Assembly (NCBI GenBank): GCA_964490645.1
Contig: CAZBCL010000001.1
Location: 194,334 to 258,333, forward strand
From: an uncultured Spirochaetia bacterium
GTDB taxonomy: Bacteria; Spirochaetota; JAHITG01; CAZBCL01
Direction of reading: 5' to 3'
Length of the DNA stretch: 64,000 nucleotides
A program made the translations under genes and the position numbers. The notes below the pieces were generated by a model. The model did no database searches and was not told where the DNA came from. It saw only the letters and a list, made by a program, of their open reading frames with translations. Below are positions 60,328 to 64,000 of the stretch, piece after piece. Positions within the stretch are counted from its first letter, which is position 1. Every line of letters begins with the position of its first letter.

Positions 60328-61299
60328 ATGCCAATGCCCAAAAAATCAACTGCCGTAACAGTTCCGCGGAATACACTTGCGTGGCTGATTTCAAAAGACA
60401 ATGCACCGGTTCGATGGCTTTCAATGCGTGATTTTCTTAATAAACAGGATTCTAACAAAGAACTCCGTCTTGCAAAATCACTCATCAACGGATACAAACC
60501 AATACAGATTATTCTAAAACATTGGGAAGATGCATTCGGTGATTTTAAAAATAAAACCCTAACCCGTCCGTATAAAGGTGGGTTGTGGTCTCTGATATTT
60601 CTCGGTACATGTTTCGCAAACAGATCTGACGATCGTATTACCGCATCGGTTGAACAAGTAATGCTCTTGAAAAACACTGATTCCGAATACGATTTTTTTA
60701 ATATTACCATGACCGCCCATATTTATCGCGCACTATGGAATCTCGGTTTCCAGGATAAAACCATCATAGCAGATATTGACCGGTTGGCGAAAAGCATTGT
60801 TGCATCCGGTGGGGTTGATAAAAAGAAAGACCTTGCCGTACCGGCTGCTTTACATTCTCCCGCGGCATTACTGACATTGACTGAAATTCCCCGCAATAAA
60901 CAAACCCCTGCAATAAAAAAAGCAATCATGCTGCTGACCGCTTTTATAACCGATACTGCACTGCCGAAAATAATGAAATCCCTAAACAGCAATAAAGGCA
61001 TTCTTCCTTTAAAAGGCAAAAATACCGCAGCACGATTCGGATTCCCATGGGTAGATACGGCTGATGTATTAATGATCGTATATGCCTGTCTGAAAGCAAA
61101 TGCTGCTGATTCGCCGGTAATACAAAGCAGTATTGATTATATTCTTTCAAAAGCTGATAATTATCTACGATGGTCAATGGAAAATAATCATAGTGAAAAA
61201 ATGTGGCAGCCCTTTGAACAACGCAGCGCTGCTTCCCGCTGGATAACGTATTTTGCATTGCGGATTATTAAAAAATACCGTGGTATTGTATTCGGCTGA
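60328..61299 (+). CDS. Hypothetical protein (323 aa). Start trimmed to MPMPKK behind a GGAGGGG ribosome-binding site.
   Basis: No family recognised. Helix-rich composition. Confidence 0.45.
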   Translation: MPMPKKSTAVTVPRNTLAWLISKDNAPVRWLSMRDFLNKQDSNKELRLAKSLINGYKPIQIILKHWEDAFGDFKNKTLTRPYKGGLWSLIFLGTCFANRSDDRITASVEQVMLLKNTDSEYDFFNITMTAHIYRALWNLGFQDKTIIADIDRLAKSIVASGGVDKKKDLAVPAALHSPAALLTLTEIPRNKQTPAIKKAIMLLTAFITDTALPKIMKSLNSNKGILPLKGKNTAARFGFPWVDTADVLMIVYACLKANAADSPVIQSSIDYILSKADNYLRWSMENNHSEKMWQPFEQRSAASRWITYFALRIIKKYRGIVFG

Positions 61300-61405
61300 T
61301 CTACTCATTGAAACCCTTTCATCAACATACGAGCACCGAACAAAGCAACCCCCGAGTATTTTTATATATACGCATAATTCTGTACTTTATTACTGTGAAC
61401 ATTCC

Positions 61406-61433
61406 TTGACACTCTGCACGGTTACTTTATAAT
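61406..61433 (+). promoter_or_regulatory. Perfect-consensus sigma-70 promoter TTGACA-N16-TATAAT upstream of the acetate-kinase-like gene.
   Basis: Both hexamers exact with 16-nt spacing. AAGGA ribosome-binding site and ATG follow within 25 nt. Confidence 0.5.
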
Positions 61434-61456
61434 TCACTATTAAGAAGGATATGCAT

Positions 61457-62668
61457 ATGATATATTTAATATTTGATAGTGAAGTATACGGGCTGAATTT
61501 TATTGTTACGAAAATGCCCGAGAATAAATTGTTATTATACGGTGAAGTTAAGGATATTAATTCGCCGGCAACCTCACTGACATTCAGCAATAAACTGAAA
61601 GGCACTGATGGTCATCATATCGGTTCAACCGAATCATATATTGATGCAATAAGCTGGATATTAAATACACTGACCTCAAAAGAACACGGCGTAATAAAAC
61701 ATCGCAGTGATATTAGTGTTATCGGACACCGTGTCGTTCATGGCGGTATTCAATTTACCAAGCCGACTCAGTTAGACGAACAGATTGTTTCTGAAATTGC
61801 ACATTATAATGAGTTTGCCCCATTTCACAATCCCTTTAATATTAAAAATATCAATGCAGTATTAGAAGAACTCCCCGGTATTCCGCAGTATGCGATATTT
61901 GATACGGCGTTTCACCAAACGATGCCGCCGAAAGCATACACCTATGCCATTAATTATTCACTGGCAAAACGCTACGGTCTTCGCAGATTCGGTTTTCATG
62001 GCATCAGTCATAAACACATGGCTGAAGAAACCGCACAGCATCTGAAAACACCGCTTGAAAAATTGAATCTTATTACATTGCAGCTTGGACACGGCTGCTC
62101 AATCTGCGCTATACAAAACGGCAACTCTATTGATACCTCAATGGGATTAACCCCCACTGAAGGTCTTATCATGGAACGGCGTTCCGGTGATATTGATCCG
62201 CTTCTCATGCTGTATTTATTGAATCATGAAAAGTGGACCTATGAAGATATGATGATGCAAATTAATAAAATGAGCGGCATTTACGGCATGAGCGGTAAAC
62301 TCGTCGGCATAAAACAATTATTATCAGAAATTAATGACGGCAATGAAGAAGCACAAATAGCACTTGATACTTTTATTTATCGAATACAAAAATACATCGG
62401 ATCGTATATTGCTGCTCTCGGCAGTGTTCATGCAATTGTCTGTACCGGAATACATGCAAAGTATTATCCCGTCGTACGTGAAATGATTTTCAACAATTTG
62501 CCTGCTTTCAATATTAAACTTGACCCTCAACGAAATAATAAATACATTAAAGATGTCAGCGGGAAAATATCTTCTGATGATTCTGCAATACCCGTTTTTT
62601 ATATTCGGCAGGCAACGAAACGCGCTATCGCAAAAGAGATATATAATTATCTTCAAAACAAAACATGA
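61457..62668 (+). CDS. ackA: Acetate/propionate kinase family protein with a divergent N-terminal ATP-binding motif. The second ATG is the likely start.
   Basis: VIGHRVVHGG, DTAFHQTMP, FGFHGISH and RRSGDIDP motifs are present. The N-terminal LIFDSEVYGLNF replaces the near-invariant L-V-x-N-C-G-S-S-S-x-K. Confidence 0.78.
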   Translation: MIYLIFDSEVYGLNFIVTKMPENKLLLYGEVKDINSPATSLTFSNKLKGTDGHHIGSTESYIDAISWILNTLTSKEHGVIKHRSDISVIGHRVVHGGIQFTKPTQLDEQIVSEIAHYNEFAPFHNPFNIKNINAVLEELPGIPQYAIFDTAFHQTMPPKAYTYAINYSLAKRYGLRRFGFHGISHKHMAEETAQHLKTPLEKLNLITLQLGHGCSICAIQNGNSIDTSMGLTPTEGLIMERRSGDIDPLLMLYLLNHEKWTYEDMMMQINKMSGIYGMSGKLVGIKQLLSEINDGNEEAQIALDTFIYRIQKYIGSYIAALGSVHAIVCTGIHAKYYPVVREMIFNNLPAFNIKLDPQRNNKYIKDVSGKISSDDSAIPVFYIRQATKRAIAKEIYNYLQNKT

Positions 62669-62937
62669 ATTTTATCAGATCAGGCAATTAAACAAAAATA
62701 GTATAAGCACGATATAAAACTGATAAGCAGCGGCATTATACAGACGGACACAAATACAATGCATACAATAAAAATATATTTTGTGATACCAATAGTGCGA
62801 TGCCCGATTTTATAGAATAATGCACTCTTTATTACACTATTCATCGTATTAAAAAACAAAGAGCATAAGCACATTTATAGCATAGATATAATCGTCGTTA
62901 TAGCATGACAGATATATACGATGCATGCAGTATGTAT

Positions 62938-64000
62938 TTACTCAACAAAATAATTTGGTGCTTCTTTAACAATAGTAATATCATGCGGGTGGCTTTCACG
63001 TAAACTTGCTGTTGTTATCTTTATCAGCTCCGTTTTCGTCTGCAATTCATGAATCGTTTTGCAGCCGGCATAACTCATCCCTGAGCGAATTCCTCCTGCC
63101 ATTTGATGCAATACTGCGGCAAGCTTCCCTTTATACGGCACTCGTCCCTCAATACCCTCAGGAACAAGCCGCTGCTCGTCATCTTCATCAGTTTGGAAAT
63201 ACCGTGTTCGTCCGCCGGCAACCATTGCGCCGATTGACCCCATCCCACGATACACCTTAAAACTACGCCCTTTATAATATATAATTTCGCCCGGACTTTC
63301 AGCGCACCCGGCAAGCATTCCGCCAAGCATTACCGTATCAGCTCCTGCAGCCAGCCCTTTTACAATATCACCGGAATATTTAATCCCGCCGTCAGCAATG
63401 ATTGGAATATTATGTTTTCGTGCAGCCTGAGCACATCCCATTATTGCCGAAACTTGCGGCATGCCGGCGCCGGCAACAATACGGGTCGTACAAATTGACC
63501 CGGGACCTATCCCGACTTTAACGGCATCCGCACCTGCTGCAATAAGCTCTGTTGTTCCTTCATGGGTAACAACATTACCGGCAATAATGTCAACATTGGG
63601 GAAATGCTTTTTACAATATTTAATAATCTCAATTACCTTTATCTGATGTCCGTGTGCTTTATCGATTGTAATTACATCAACACCGGCTTCAGCAAGAGCT
63701 TGTGCACGTTCAATATCTTCTTTTTCACAACCAATAGACGCACCGCATTGCAGTCGCCCTTGCCCATCTTTTGATGCATACGGATGTTTTGTTCGTTTAT
63801 CAATATCTTTAACGGTAATCAATCCGGTAAGCCTATTGTTGTTATCAACAACCGGAAGTTTTTCAATACGATGTTTTTGCAATATTGCCTTTGCATCATC
63901 AAGTGTTGTTCCCAGGGGAACAGTAATCAACTTTACAGTCATTAAATCGCTCACTTTACGATTATGATTCGGCTCAAAACGAAGATCACGATTTGTTAAA
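62938..64000 (-). CDS. guaB: Inosine-5-prime-monophosphate dehydrogenase. The 5' part runs off the window end. The listed start at 63954 is an internal GTG.
   Basis: Catalytic loop [20 protein letters not shown]. Second CBS domain at the listed N-terminus. The reading frame stays open to position 64000 (…[15 protein letters not shown]…). Confidence 0.92.
   Translation of the reverse strand, partial: LTNRDLRFEPNHNRKVSDLMTVKLITVPLGTTLDDAKAILQKHRIEKLPVVDNNNRLTGLITVKDIDKRTKHPYASKDGQGRLQCGASIGCEKEDIERAQALAEAGVDVITIDKAHGHQIKVIEIIKYCKKHFPNVDIIAGNVVTHEGTTELIAAGADAVKVGIGPGSICTTRIVAGAGMPQVSAIMGCAQAARKHNIPIIADGGIKYSGDIVKGLAAGADTVMLGGMLAGCAESPGEIIYYKGRSFKVYRGMGSIGAMVAGGRTRYFQTDEDDEQRLVPEGIEGRVPYKGKLAAVLHQMAGGIRSGMSYAGCKTIHELQTKTELIKITTASLRESHPHDITIVKEAPNYFVE

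Noticed and set aside
1-64000. CRISPR arrays, rRNA, tRNA or tmRNA genes
   Set aside because: No short regularly spaced repeats, no rRNA-like conserved blocks and no cloverleaf-compatible intergenic segments were seen on reading all intergenic regions.

Overview
Low-GC (~38-40%), AT-rich chromosomal window that looks spirochaetal. The organism call rests on three things I recognise in the translations: a 286-aa FlaB-type core flagellin, CheX, and a fused membrane/spermidine-synthase-like/TPR protein. The window is dense with housekeeping genes (xth, gpmA, aroE, metG, coaD, pta, ndk, mnmG, apgM, gmhA, ackA-like, guaB). A long co-directional minus-strand run (about 24.2 kb down to 10.9 kb) reads metG -> GT-C -> GT2 -> LAB_N/mutarotase fusion -> HtrA-like protease -> ppx -> rmuC -> patatin -> metallophosphoesterase -> ParB/Srx-like protein -> RpoS-like sigma factor. 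No rRNA, tRNA, CRISPR array, transposase or phage genes were recognised. The parts that look least ordinary are: (1) a translationally coupled ParB/Srx-fold protein plus calcineurin-like phosphoesterase pair sitting directly upstream of a patatin-like phospholipase; (2) a three-component envelope glycosylation-like module (ArnC-like GT2, ArnT-like GT-C, and a LAB_N membrane domain fused to an aldose-1-epimerase-like domain); (3) two almost identical 329-bp direct repeats 2.1 kb apart that flank a polytopic membrane-protein gene; (4) two tandem, translationally coupled >1000-aa paralogs with a polytopic membrane domain, a spermidine-synthase-like domain and TPR repeats; (5) a cheX-cheY operon extended by a PEGA-domain protein and two small unknown ORFs, with a possible FlgM-like gene upstream; (6) an acetate-kinase homologue whose N-terminal ATP-binding motif is divergent. 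All annotations come from reading the translations and the DNA by eye. No database searches were run.
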